In this document: positions 1-14,686 of the stretch, in pieces
Layout: every line of letters begins with the position of its first letter
How positions within the stretch are numbered: position 1 is the first letter of the stretch
Assembly: GCF_006345805.1 (NCBI RefSeq)
Contig: NC_043006.1
Coordinates: forward strand, 29,264,001 to 29,328,000
Direction of reading: 5' to 3'
Length of the DNA stretch: 64,000 nucleotides
Source of the DNA: Octopus sinensis
Lineage: Eukaryota
The notes under the pieces: model-generated
Database searches by the model: none
The model's input: the letters and a program-made list of their open reading frames with translations, nothing else
What the model was told of the DNA's origin: nothing
Made by a program: the position numbers and the translations under genes

Positions 1-9
1 CCCATCCCA

Positions 10-590
10 GAATCATTGGAAATTTTTTTTTTCGTTGAATGAATTCCTGTGACCTCCTAATATGCCACAAAACTCTTTTTGGGGTCCGAAAATCGGGGTG
101 GGGTGAGGTGGAAGCCTCGGAAAGTTCACCTTCACCCCCATTGATCTTTTCACTCGCACGATCTTCACTAAGGAAAAAAAAAACCGGATTTTTTGGCGTG
201 GAATCAAGTATCCTGACATCCTAATATGCTGCAAATCCCTTATTTTGGTTCGGAAAAAAAGGTGGGGCGGTCATCCCACTTTTTTTCGTGCGGATGAAAA
301 GATCAATGGGGTGGGGGTGAAATTTCTGAGGCTTCCACCTCACCCCACCCCGTTTTTCGGACCCCCAAAAGGGTTTTGTAGCATATTAATGATATCACAG
401 GAATTCATTCAACGAAAAAAAAAATTTCCAATGATTCCGCGAACGAGGGAGACCCCCTTCGCCCCACCCCTTTCCGAACCAAAATAAGGGATAGCATATT
501 AGGAGTTCAGGGAACTTGATTCCACGCAAAAAATCCGAGTTTTTTTTTTTTTTTTTTTTCTTAGTGAAAATCGTGCGGGTGTTAATATAG
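10..590. repeat. foldback-like inverted repeat array with G-tracts upstream of PSMD11
   Basis: ~10-160 is inverted at ~287-438, and ~150-270 is inverted at ~455-590. GGGGTGGGGTGAGGTGG tracts are present. Confidence 0.8.
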
Positions 591-1042
591 AAATTTGCCG
601 TGAAATCATTACACACACGCACATACACATTGAATTTTAAGGATTTTATCGAAAGTAACATTTATGAAATAGCATGCGACAATATATTTAGGAATCATAA
701 GCAATAGATTTTTCTATGGTGATTATCTATTCTACGTTGAAATGCTTTCGGGAAATCTTGAAATAGCTGTGAAAAGAGCAACGACGTGCGAAATGCCAAA
801 AAATTTTACAGCAAAACCAGCCACACTATGGAGATATGTAAATTCTGGAAATGAAATAAATATAGAAAAATGTGTGTATGTTTTGGTTTTTGCTTTGTTT
901 TACTTTGGTATATAAAAATAAACATGTTAAAAAGCCGATCCAGATTCCAGCCACAGTTGTTGGCCTTTGTACGCTAAATTAATCGAGGACGTGAAAAATA
1001 CGACACCGTTTCAAAGCGCTCGCACTCTTTTCATGTAAAAGT

Positions 1043-1139
1043 ATGGAGCTGACAAATAATATAAAGTCTGTTTTTGATAAAGCTGTTAAATCCGAGAAAA
1101 CAAACAAAGAAGAATCTATAGAATTGTTGACAAATGTTT
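1043..1139 (+). CDS. PSMD11: PSMD11 coding exon 1 ([11 protein letters not shown]...LLTNV)
   Basis: ATG at 1043, 97 nt, GTAAGT donor at 1140, phase 1 matching exon 2. Sequence is divergent, so it is assigned by phase, position and length. Confidence 0.85.
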
Positions 1140-4100
1140 GTAAGTAATTATATTTGTTATATTAGTATTGGCACTTGTACAAATTGATAATTTTAATTAT
1201 TGCTGACTCACATGGGAGCAGTCATTGTTTGTGTCGTGACTCGAGACACAAATTTACCGGTTTTTATCCCTTTGTTTTTAATTCACTTCTTTCTAGAGAA
1301 ATGATTATTTATGATTGTATTATATATATATATATCAAACATATCCCTGATAGAAAGTTTCACCGCTATTTCTTGTTTATTAATTTATAACGTTTTTTTT
1401 TTTATTATTTCAAATCAAATGCATTTTTAAAAATGTAATTCATTATTACATTTATAGATAAAATTCCAGTTCCTTGGATTACTTGCATGTAAATTGGATC
1501 TTTGTATGTAAATTATCGAAAGAGAATGTGATTCCTCACTTCTCACTCGCCCTCATATTATTTGGGATCACGCAATATTTTCCTTAATTCAATTGAAACT
1601 CTCTAAATTCTGTTCATGGATGCAAAGTATCGCCTGTCCAAACTTTAATCAAACTTATTTTCCTAATTTTATTAAACTGTGATGAACTAAAACTTTGTTG
1701 TTAGTATTTAACTCTAGATCTGCGCTAAACTTGTAAACCAGTGGTTCCCAACATTTCCACTACCAAAGACCCCTTTTATTTAAATGAGTTTTCTCACATA
1801 CCCCTTTTAATATGCTTGTCCTTATGTGAAATTTTGAATTTAGTTTACAGACCCCCAGTACTACCTTTGCGGACCACAGGTTGGGAACCACCGATGTACA
1901 TTTAATATGAAAATTATTCTAGTTTTAATCATTCCGACTCTGTTAGCCAAACGTATCATTTTTAGGCGGAGGTAAAGAATACATACACCACCCGTTTTCG
2001 GCGTAACAAAAAGCCTAACCCTAACCACCGGGTGTACGTATTTTTAGTTTACCCTCGTACAGATTTTTTCTGATGTTTTTTTTCTTTTCCCTCGCGATTA
2101 ATAAAACAGTCCTTTAATTTTATTTGTTATTTTTGATTCACTGAAGAGGTGTGGCTAGAGGAAGATTTGGCTGCTATTTCTTTCTGGTCGAGAGGCTAAC
2201 TCGCTTGTTTGAATTGAGGATTTTATTTATTCCTATGTTGATGACTAACTTTTGAGAAAAAGAAAAGGATCTTGGAGATGAAGGGTTAGGAAATGCACCA
2301 GTCTTCATGTCATGACTCGAAAACTCATTCACGTTAGACTGCAATTCTTGGGCATAGAATTCAAAGCTTTGAAAGGGTATTTTAATATGAAGTTAAGGAG
2401 AATTTTGATAAGGATGCTGACCCAGAGATTCTTATAAGGAAATGATATTAGGCGGTCAGTGATAAACTCTAGTTTACTGAGTCATACAGAGTACCGGAGC
2501 AGTTATGGTTTCCTACATCACTAAAACTATTTGATGGTGATGGTAGCAAAATTAGTAACCGGGGTAAAACGAGTAATCTGATTTCTCGTTATTTTCTCCC
2601 TATCTGTTTGGGATAATTACATTACAAGTATTGCGTCAGCTTTAGTAAAAATTGGTCAGCATAGTTGTTGCTGAAGTTGAGAGTCAGAAACAGGTGACTG
2701 GTACTTTTTTTTTTTTTTTTTTTTTTCAAGAAATGTTTCCTACTTTGAACCGATTGTAATTGAGGTTGCTTATAAAATATCTGGGTAATTTTTTATGTTT
2801 ATCAATCAATATTATTTTCTCTGTTGGATTTCCAAGTCAATTCGCCCCCCCCCCCACTAATGTCTAATTTGATCATTTTCAAGTTTCAAAAAAAAGTCTA
2901 AGATGGGGTAAAATGAGTAATGTCTAATTTCAATAATCTCTTCTCTTTAACTGACTATGACTTTGGTTTTTGCTAGATTAACTCAAAGGGCCTTTGATTC
3001 TAGACCTTGCCTCTATGTCTGAAATTTCTTCTCTAGTTCTTGTAGTGATTCAGCTATAAGAACATGGTCGTCAGCATAGAGGAGCTCCCAGGGGCAGCCC
3101 ATCTTAAATTCCTCTGTTATTCCCTGGAGGACTATGATGAATAAGAGGGGTCCAAGGACTGATCTTTGGTGAACCCTTATTTGCACCCTGAATTCATTGC
3201 TATACTCATTGCCAATCTTCACCTCACAGATTGCATCCCTGTACATGACTTGTATATTTCTCACCAACCTCTCATCTATCCCTAGCTTCCGCATTGACCA
3301 CCAGATTAGGGAGTGGTGGGACATAGTCAAAGGCTTTTTCCATGTTGACAAAAGCCAGTTATAGGGGTTTATTTTTCCTGGCACAAATCCAAACTGCATC
3401 TCCTCTACACTCTCTCCCTAAGTAATTGAACTATGACACTTTTTGTGTCGTTCATCACCTGTTCAGCAATTTGATGCCTCTCTAATTATTTCTGTCTAAG
3501 GCATCACCTTTGCCATTGGTTATGATTGCCTACAAAGGTAAGAGCTCTCTGAACTTTGTGCAGCCTATTTTTATTCTTTTATTCTCATAGTCATGCAGTA
3601 AAAACTCCTCATTGTGCCCCCCTCTTTCCATTTTGTCAATGGCATATAACAATGGAGTGTCTTTGCAACTAATAGAATCAATATCATACATTTTAGTTGG
3701 AATGCACTGGTGTCTCAGGCTTCATTAATATACATTAGTGAAATATAATCACACACACACACAACTTGGCTCACATACAGTCCCCATCTACCAAAATTTA
3801 ATTAAAAGGATCTGACAGGTAGCGGGATCAAACCCAAGAAATATGTGCTTATGAAATGCAATTCTTACCTGCAAAACTTTGTCTGCGTCTTCTTTCTTTG
3901 TTACTATACTTTGTTGTTAATGTGCAAATACCAGAGACATGTTCAATTAATTTGCATTAATTTGATGATAATGCCTTATTTAAACCTAAATCAAGCAATC
4001 CTACTGAAACCTCAATTAATATTCATGACCCTTTTTTCCAAGTAACATTTCTGAGTTCTTTTGATTTCTTGTTTACTCTCTCTTGGATATTTCCTCTGAT

Positions 4101-7100
4101 TTTTTTGTACTCATGCTGCTTCAATTTTATGTTATTTTTGATTACCCCAAAATTTCTGCTTCTCTTTGTTGAGACTGTTTCTAATATTCTTTACAAATAT
4201 TTATCTCTTAAGACATCTGTTTATTCTTTTAATGCTTTCAGTTCAGATTATATTCTTTGTGAATTCTCACTTAATGGACAGCTCTCTTCAAATGGGAAGT
4301 TTTCCTCGAAGTACTAAACTTAATGACTATCTTTAATTTTCAAAGATTTCCAGAAACATTAATAACTTCATATGCTAATATAGAGTCAATATATTTTTTT
4401 GCTGAATTTTATTTCCCAGTGAAGAAAGATATTGGTACAAACCCTGAGGACATTGAATACAAAGCACAAGTTATCTCTAAGTTGGGAGATTTATTGTCAG
4501 AACAGAAGAATGCTTCAGGTAAGTTATCATTGCATTTAGTATAGAATTGTTTAACATTACTGTTATGAGTATGGATATTTGTATAAAATCATGTATAGTA
4601 TTGCTGCATTTCATGTTGACATTTAAATGAGAGCGTTTTAATAACTATGTCTTAGGAAGTATTGTCAATATACTGGAGTCATTTCATGATTCCAGTATTT
4701 TGCTAGTATCTGGCTGCATCTTGTCTGCATTAGCTTTACCACTTCACTCTCCCCAAGAAAGCTTGAACGTTAATAAAGTTAGAACGTTAATAAAGTAGGG
4801 TGGTTTGACACACATTAACCATTTCATTACCATATTTCTGTTAAGATGCTCTGTTTCTTACAATTAATTTTAAATATAACAAATAATTTCATAAAATAAC
4901 TTAGTTAAAAGGTTTGGTGGAAGATTTTAATTCAGAACTTTTGAAACTAAGACATTTGTACTACAGAGCCAGAGGTGGTTTTAGCATGGTTGGTATCAAA
5001 TGGGTTAAATTTGAAGTGAAGAGTTTACGGTATATTTTAAAGTTTTTCTTTATTTGAGGTGACACACTGAAGCTTAGCAAAAAAAAAAAACATAATAAAT
5101 AAAGCCTGTATTTAAATGAGCACAATCTTTTTTTTTGTTTATAAAAATACTGTAGCAGTTTAAACAGACAAACATGAGCACGAGTTGTCAAGGCATCAAA
5201 TTGTCAACATTTTTGGTTTATCTTGGGTAGATCTCTGACTTTCAGCTTAGAGTATCATAAGCTGAGCACAGAGAGCTTTCATGTTGAAAGTTAACTTGGA
5301 GGCATAGGAAAATAAAGTTTCATTACATCCAACACTGTTTGCTTCAATGGCTAGATAATGAAGAATCAGGATATACACTGAGATTTATATTCTATGCCAG
5401 CATGGGGAAAATATACGCTCTGTTATTTAGACTATTGATGCAAATGCAAACCCAACTTGACACACAATTGTTTTTAACAATAGTATTATTATACATGCAT
5501 TGCATATTTGTTATGCTTGTAGTAGTAAAAAGAGATGCATTTTCAAATCTTTATCAATCCTAATATACAAAGTATTTATATATTATACATAGTACTCTGA
5601 ACCAATAAGGGAACTTCTATGCTATCTGTCTACCAGAAACAGCAACCAAATCCTCTTTAAATCATATTCTATTATCTAAAAGAAACAACACAGTGGTTAA
5701 GGTAGTCGTAGGTACCTCTTGTTATAGTTAGAATGCTTTTGACCAAAGGTCTGTTTGATCAGAGAAACACTACAATCGCTACAATAGCAGCAGCAATTTT
5801 TATACACAATGTTTCTGCCTCTCTTATTTTCAAGTGATTTTTTTTCTGTCATTATTTTATATCTTCAATTGTAGGGCTTGCTTCCTTGATAAAGGTTACT
5901 CGACCATTCCTTGGAATGGTGAGCAAAGCCAAAGCAGCTAAACTGGTACGAAATTTAGTTGATCACTTTCTGGATCTTGAGGCTGGAACTGGAAACGAGG
6001 TAATACATATTTCCTAAGTAACTGTACATCTTTTTAAAAAATGTTTTCAGTTTGTGTTCATGTTAGTAATTGTTGATAGCTTTTACTTGTTTCAGTCATT
6101 AGACTGCAGTCTTGCTGGGGCACTGCCTTGAAGAATTTTTAGTTGAACGAATCGACCCCATTCAACATAAGCCTGGTACTTATTCTATTGGTCTCTTTTG
6201 CCAAACCGTAAAGTTACAGAGACATAAACAAACCAACGCTGGTTGTCAACACACACACACACACACACACATATTCTTTCAGTTTTTGTCCACCAAATCT
6301 ACTCACAAAGCTTAGGTGAACCTCAGGCTTTAGTAGAAGACACTTGCCCAAGTTCCCATGTCTTCCTGGGCCTACCCCTTCCATGGGCTCCCTCTACAAT
6401 TATATGCATCACATGACCAAATCTGCACAGTCTTCTCTCTTGCACACAAAATCTGATGCCTCTTATACCCAGTTTTCCTCTTAAATCATTTACACTTGGT
6501 CATGCATACACACTGACATTACCCATCCAGCAGAGCATGCTAGCTTCATTTCTTTCAGGCCTTTGCAAGTTCTCTGTAGTCAAAGCCCATGTTTCACTGC
6601 CATGCAACATAGCTGTACATACACAGACATCATACAATCTGCCTTTTGTGCTGACAGAGTGGTACTTATCATCAATGTCTGCTTTCTATGCTGGCATAGG
6701 TTGGATGGTTTGACAGAATCTGAGGAGCTGAAGGCCTGTTCAGGTTCCATGTCTGTTTTGGCATGGTTTCTAAGGCTGGATGCCCTTCCTAATGCCAACC
6801 ACTTTACAGAATATACTGGGTGCTTTTACGCAGCACCAGTATGGCTGCCTTTTATGTGGCACCAGCACTTACATGCCTGCAAGATTGGGGATGTTTAGGT
6901 GGAGTGGATTGCAAGGGCAATCATGCTTTTACTTAGATTGGTGTGTCTTTTCAAGCACAGCAAACTGCCAGGAGTCTTAGTCCCCAACATTTGTAGAACC
7001 TTTCTCACTGCTTTGTCCCACTTCTTCCTGGGTCAACCCTTTCTACATGTTCCCTCTACAATTAGAGATCGGCACCTCTTGATGCCACTATCCTCATTCA

Positions 7101-10100
7101 TATGCATTACATGGCCAAACCAGTACAGTCTAAATCATAAATTTGCATCTAAATCATAAATTTTGTTTACCAATAATTTGTTATCACATTACCTGTCGAA
7201 GTTATTACAAAGATATTGTATTGGCAAAAAATCCTTGGTGTTGGCAGTAAGATATATTCTTGCTATTTAATATTGTTATTGGAATTTTTGTATTCTTAGG
7301 TTTCACTATGTAATGAGTGTATTGATTGGGCGAAAAATGAGAAAAGGACATTTTTACGACAAGCACTTGAGGTGAGTTGCTGATTTTAATTAAAAACAAT
7401 AAATGAAATTTTGTGAGTGTAAATATACATATGTTTGCCATGTGTTTAAATGTATATGTATGTTTGTTTGTGCATAAACATAACATATATGTGTTTGTAT
7501 ACATGTTTGCATTGAAGTTACCTCATGAAGTCATGCAATGTGTTAGTCATGTCATCTGTCTTGATTTCGGGCTTCCAAAGCAATTACAAGGTATTCCAGT
7601 AAGATTTACCCATTGATATTTCTTAATTATTCAAAATAAACTGAAGGTAGGATAATGAAATTTGGCACACACATTCTAATGTAAATTGTCAATTCATTGC
7701 AGTAATTACATTTCAAAATGACCACTTTTTGCCATGATCATAGTCTACAAATGAAGGGAGACTTGCACCCATCAGATGGGACAACGGCCCATACCATGAA
7801 CGAAACTGATCTCTGTGGCATAAATAACTCCTGCTACCTTTGGGTAAGACTCCTGTATTATGTGCATAAAGCCTGTCATTCTGCCTGATGGTAACTGCTT
7901 CCACGCTGAAGATCAACACTTTGTTAGCAGTGTACTTCATCTCAGCTAATATGGTTTTTACCCCTGTTGAGCCATTTCTTCTTGGAAGCTGCTGAAATTA
8001 ACTGTCAGGATTGTTTCTTGTATGCAGCAAGCTTTAAATCCTCTTCAAAAATCCTGTGCATTGACTATTTTGGAATATCAAGAGCTCTTCCAGTTTCTCT
8101 TGCACTCCTGCACAGGTTTCAGCTCATTTGCTTCTTTACAGTTTCAACAGTTTGTTTGCTATGAATTTGTTTCCTACCAAGAAATGGCTTGCTAGAGGTA
8201 GTAGTGGACTCCATATATCAATTCCAGGTATTGAACGTTGTTTTACAGCGCACATTCAATTGTTTTGTTATGTCCTTGTTATTCACTGCAGCTGTTTTCA
8301 AAGTGACAATCTGGTCACGTTTTGCTTTAGATGCCATGTTTGTTTACAAACCTGTTATAGACACATGAACAAAAGATATGTGTAAATCTTTATGTAAAAT
8401 GTTAATATTTCCTGAAATGATATGCTTTAGGAAGAGTTATAAACGTGTGTAAATCTTTCTGGGACACTCTGTACTTTATGGTGAATCAATAAGCATCCTC
8501 AGCATAGACTACAAAAGATATTTCATGATGTGACAAAAGACAACCTTAGGTCCTTGAGCATCAGCTTTGTTACATGAACAAAAGAACAGCCTGTAGTTTG
8601 AGAATTGAATTACTCATCAAATAGTGAAACCAAGTTCATCTTAAACTGCAGGCTTTTGCAGCTCTGTATAATTGAGAACTCAGAAGTGATCTCACTCACA
8701 TTGTTTAAGGCTGCATTACACTTTCAATCTTGCCATTCATGGAAGGTCACATGTTAGAAGACCAACACATGATGCTTATATGCAAACAGTTTCAATATCC
8801 CTAGTGGTGCATTGGTTGTCTTTTATGTCCAAAAGTGACTTTTAAAAAATATTTACTGCCAGATTGAAAATCCATGAGTGTGGTAGGCAGAAAAGTTATC
8901 AAACCTGTAGCAGGCATGTGCCTGTATTAAGAAAGTGCTTACACTCGAAATTGAGTTGATGACCACAATGTATGTGTATGCATATATGTAGTTTAAGGGA
9001 GATTTGGTTATTTCTAACAAATTCAGAGATCACAGGTGAAGTTTTTAAAATTTGGACAGTTGCACAACATCAGAGTATCAGTTTGTATACTTAGAAGTGC
9101 TTCCTATAACTAACCAGTCAACCATGGATATGAGCTAAGAAATGAACCTCTGCATTGTTTGACCTGCTAGAAACAGCAACTAAATCTTCAAATCCTCTTT
9201 CTGTCTTCAAACAAAAGAAGGAAGGTAAAATTAATATAGTCCTAGATTCCTCTAAGAAGGCAGATTGGTCAAGGCTGGTTTGCATTTGATAGATTTTCTC
9301 TACCTGAGTTAACCTAGGGCTAAATAGCAACAACCATGGAATGTGACAAAACCTGTTGGCAACTAAACAGTTTGAATTTTACATTGGTTACACAACAAAC
9401 CCCATGACTAATATTTGTAGAATTAGAACTTGTGTTGTATGTGGTTCAACATCCAAACCTTCTAAATCATTCTGTTCAACTGTGTTTTTCGAGTCTGTTA
9501 AACCATTTCAGTAAACATACAATTCATTTTTTATTTTGGTCTTATTTTTTGTAGGCAAGATTAATTTCAGTGTATTATGATACTAAAAGTTATGAAAAAG
9601 CTTTGGCCCAATGTAAGTTAGCTATATTTTATCTTTAACTTTGTATTTCATCTTTTTTTTCTATATAATGTGTTTATTTTATTGCTGAAATATGTTGACA
9701 GGTTTTGCAAATCTGACATTTTAATGAGTTCTTTTAGCAAGTAGTAACAGCAATAGCCAGCTACTCTATGAATCCATATCTATCTCTCCAGCAACTCTTA
9801 TATTCAGAATATTTGGGCTGATTTTGTCTCCTGATAGACTATTGACTTTTTCTTTTTCGTAAGAAAATTCTTCACATATTTAAATGTGATAGCTCTAGAG
9901 ACAAGTAATATGTCTCGTATATTTTGTCTGTATGCACTCTCACCCTTATGACACACACATCATCATCATCATCATCTAATGTCTGCTTTCCATGCTGGCA
10001 TGGGTTGGACGGTTTGAATGAAAAACTGGTAAGCCGGGGAGTTGCACTAAGTCCCTATCTGATTTGGCAAGGTTTCTACAGCTGGATGCCCTTCCTTATA

Positions 10101-13100
10101 CCAACAACTCCGATAATGTAATGGGTGCTTTTTACGTGCCACTGGCATGTGTGCCATATTGAAAGAAATTCCCTAATTCCAGAGTCTCTGCAAAAGCTCA
10201 GTTCCTATTTCTTCAATCAAAAGTTTTTTTAATTTCCTTTCTGCCCCCCTTTTTCTTTTGTCACTTGTTTCAATTTGGTTTTAAGTTCCTGTTGTTTTGA
10301 TTATGTAAACAACCAAACCAATAAAGTGGCGACAACATTGTAGCTCAGAAAACTGAAGTATGTAGTTTGCCATATTCAAGTCTACTATATATCATCAGTC
10401 TGTGTAGGAATCTCTTAGAAGATATAGCAGTAAAACTTCCCTCAAAGCATAATGTACCATCTTAGAGATATTTCACACCGAGATGTTTGTTATAAAAATG
10501 AGATGGGGTGGCTAGATCAATGTTGATCTGGGGTTAAACACAATATATATTGTCAGAATTATTGCTTTCATCTGAAACTCTGTATTTTACAACATTTATT
10601 GCCTTTGTTGTAGAAGTCAAAAATTCAATGATGGGGTTGTGGATGTAGTGTTGGTAAACGAGTCTACATTATCTAGTGAATGATCACGTCTCAGCTATAG
10701 TCTAGTATGTTTGTGTGAAGTGATGCATGCATTTAAACTGATCTTTTAACCTTCGTGTCCATATATTGCAGCTGCTACATTGCTGAAAGAACTGAAGGAA
10801 TTGGATGATAAGGCATTGTTGGTAGAAGTGCAACTATTAGAAAGCAAGATCTACTATGCCCTCTCTAATCTGCCAAAAGCCAGGTAAATATTATTTTAGT
10901 CATCACGGAGTGTTTAAGTTTTTAATTGTGTGACATACCTGGGGGGAATGCTGAACATTAAAATCACATCAATGTTACTGAAATGAAAGTATTGCAATCA
11001 ACCAAATTGTCTTAATTTAATCTGTAAAGCAAAAAAAAACCCCAAAAAATAGTTTGTAGGTGTGCAATGAGAAAAAGCCTTGACTGTTTTTAGACAGGTA
11101 CTGTATTGGAGAATTATAATTTCTATGTTCGATTTTCACTAATCTTAAATGTATGCTGATTAACTTCTCTAACAATGAGATAGGTATTGTAAGCAAGTGT
11201 ATTCTTGATGCCATCAGCTCTGGTATCAGAAGGGCTATGGGGTTGACTCGATGAGATTCTAGTTCTGCAGTAATTGATTTTGTGACGCCAAGGATAAAGT
11301 AGCCTGCAAGTTCATCTTGTTCCATATCATGAATTTCTACCCTTCAGTATTAAAATACCTTCTGAAGGTCCTAGCCCTTAGTGAGCAGTTCACAAACATG
11401 ACCTTGATAACAGAATCAGGAATACAAGAGAGTCAATCCTGTTTCACAATGGTTCCTCACAATGGCAGCTCATTGTTTGCTATATCATTGGGGAGCTACA
11501 ACAGGACTGAGGTCAGTAATTTCATCAGGTTATTTTGGTTATCCTAAAGAAATGCACACACTCTCATAGTTTGGTCCTGTATAAGGATGACCTGGTAACC
11601 TGAGGCCATATGAAATAATCTGATGAAAATCTGCAAAGAATTTGGCCTAAATATAATAGTTATCACTAACTTGACTAAAGTCAACTTTCTAAACCTCAGG
11701 ACAGGCAAGTACTATTGTAGAAAGTCAATGTAGAAATTATTTATATTCATAAATACTCTAACCACCCATAGTTGTAATTAAAAATCTAGTCACAGGCGTC
11801 AGTAGAAAAATCTCTTTGTTATCAACAGGACTACATTTCACTATAATCAGGCATTAGTGAAGAGTGGCTGTACTGAAAAATTAGTATATATAACATATAT
11901 CCTAGTTATTATATCTATAACGCTACTATCAACACAAATGACATTGCCTTGGTGAAGAGGAAAAGACCCAACTGCAACCGAAAATGGAATTCCATGCGAA
12001 GAAGCTTATTCTCTCAGTGTGGTAGGATTGCAAAGGAGTCATCCACTTTGAGTTGTTACCAATTAATGCTCAAATCTATTATCAGCAGTTAGAACATTTG
12101 AATGCTGCATTGAAAAAAACAAAGGCCCGTTTTTGTGAATCTAAAAGGAGTGGTGTTTCATCAGGACAATGAGAAAAGACTAGATCCAGTTAGTTCATCA
12201 GATTGACAGAATATCATGGTTACATAAATTTTTCAACTCCAGTATACACATACAAACAAAACATCATCAAATTTCCGAAGTATGGAAAACAATAATTAAT
12301 AAAACAATTTACTATAAGAGGAGAGGATAATAGATTTAGTAAGATATTAAAAAGCAAATTATGGGTAGTGGTGAAGTATGTAAAGATGATGTATGATGAG
12401 AGAGGGAGAGGTAAGTTATCATTAATAACCTAGAGGTATTAATAATAGAGAGAGAAAAGAAAGTGAAAGTTTAAAGGAATAAGAGAGAAGTTTGCAGATA
12501 TTGTGTTTAAGAAATATAGAGAGTAATATCAACAAAAAGAGAAATAAAGTGAAAGTTAAACCAGGATGAGAGAGAGAGAGGAAGATAGAGTAAGAACAGT
12601 AAAATTGGTATGGTAGATTGGAGTATACAGAGCTATATAAAGTGTAACAGAAGGAAAATAAGTATGTTTAGAAAAATGTAATTAATCGAAGACAGCTGGA
12701 TATACAAAAAAAAAAAATGGAGGTGGAGTTTTGGCAGGGAGGTGAGAGAAACTCATAAATTGTCAAAAATTTTCAAAAACTTATTTTCATAGAAGGATGC
12801 CCCACCCCCATCATTTCAAAGGCCATGGTAAGAGAGAAAATTGTGGTGGTGGGCAGTGGGGAACCAACTTATGTGGGTGTCCTGATCTAAAACTCTGCCT
12901 CCATTTTTTTTATATATCTGTTAGTCTTATACTATTAATTATCTCTTTCTAAACATTCTTAATATATATGCATACATTCATATATATATATATTCATTCA
13001 GAAATATTTTTGGTTCTATTCTCAAGGGCTGCTTTGACTTCAGGAAGAACTACAGCAAATGGTATTTACTGTCCACCTAAACTCCAGGCAGCTTTAGATT

Positions 13101-14635
13101 TGCAATCAGGTAAGTGGAGTATTATTTGCTGCTACTTTTTAAAAATTTATATAAAATTTTTCGTTAGCTGAAACAAACGCAGTGTTTGCCAGTAGAACTT
13201 TATCTTATTGACTTTACCAGTTACAACTGACTTTGGTACAGATTTATAATCTTTTGAACTTTAAAGAAGTATCAAAATCGATCAACATCAATGGAAATTG
13301 TAGCTGTGATACCAGTGCCGATGGCACGTAAGAGAACCATCCGAACGTGGCCGTTGCCAGCGCCACCCTGACTGGCCTCCGTGCCGGTGGCACGTAAAAT
13401 GCACCATCCGATTGTGGCCGTTGCCAGCCTCATCTGGCCCCGTGCCAGTGGCACGTAAAAGCACCATCCAATCATGGCCGTTTGCCAGCCTCATCTGGCA
13501 CCTGTGCAGGTGGCACGTAAAAAGCACCCACTACACTCACGGAGTGGTTGGCGTTAGGAAGGGCATCCAACTGTAGAAACACTGCCAGATCAGATTGGGC
13601 CTGGCGCAGCCTTCTGGCTTCCCAGACCCTAGTTGAACCGTCCAACCCATGCTAGCATGAAGAATGGACGTTAAACGATGATGATGATTAAATAATCAAT
13701 CTATATAAAAATATCAAATTCTAAAATATGTAGCATTTCAGAAGGATTTGCAGATAGAGTATCTCAGTTTTTCCAAAGTTTCTAAGATGGATATTTTTTC
13801 CCAACAGGCTAGTTGCTCTAGTAATTCGTAATCTTTAAAAATCCCTGATGATAAAATAATCCTTCTCACTATCCATTGTTGTTATCCCTGCAGGTATCCT
13901 CCATGCTGCTGATGAGAAAGATTTTAAGACTGCGTATTCATATTTTTATGAAGCGTTTGAAGGTTACGACTCTATTGACAGTCCCAAAGCCATCATTGCT
14001 CTAAAATATATGTTAATGTGTAAAATCATGCTCAATCTGTAAGTTATCTGTTCAAATATATTTTCATTGTGTGTGTGTGTGTGTGTGTGTGTCTAAGTAA
14101 ATGTAGGAATAAGCAAGTTAGATCAATATATAAAGTATAGCACGCTGGGCGAAATGCATAGCCATATTTCATCTGCCGTTACGTTCAGATTCCGCCGAGG
14201 TCAACTTTGCCTTTCATCCTTTCGGGGTCGATTAAATAAGTACCAGTTATGCACTGGGGTCGATATAAATGACTTAATCTGTCTGTCTGTCCTTGTTTGG
14301 CCCCTTGTGGGTAGTAAAGAAATATATACAAAATACATGAAATACAAACAATGTATATATGTTTACATACAAAAACGTCTTACACAATATAAATGATATA
14401 GAAAATTCAAGGAATTTGTAATAGTTTTCTTCAACCCCTTTAATTCTTTATATCATTTGTATCCTATGTAAGTTGAACCTTACATTTTTTTGTATTTCAT
14501 GTATTTAATGTACTTTATATTTTTGATCTGTCTAACTTGCTTATCCCTACATTTACTTCTATACCTGCTCAAGCTTAAATTTCTTGAGCACTACTTAATA
14601 TATTTTACAATTAGAATATCTTATTCTCATCTATG

Positions 14636-14686
<51 letters not shown>

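Noticed and set aside
13-661. Short ORFs at the window start, representative of most 60-100 aa ORFs in the track
   Set aside because: They arise from repeats, microsatellites or non-ATG starts and show no protein similarity.
13280-13540. CRISPR-like spaced repeats
   Set aside because: These are internal tandem units of a eukaryotic SINE; there are no unique spacers or cas genes.
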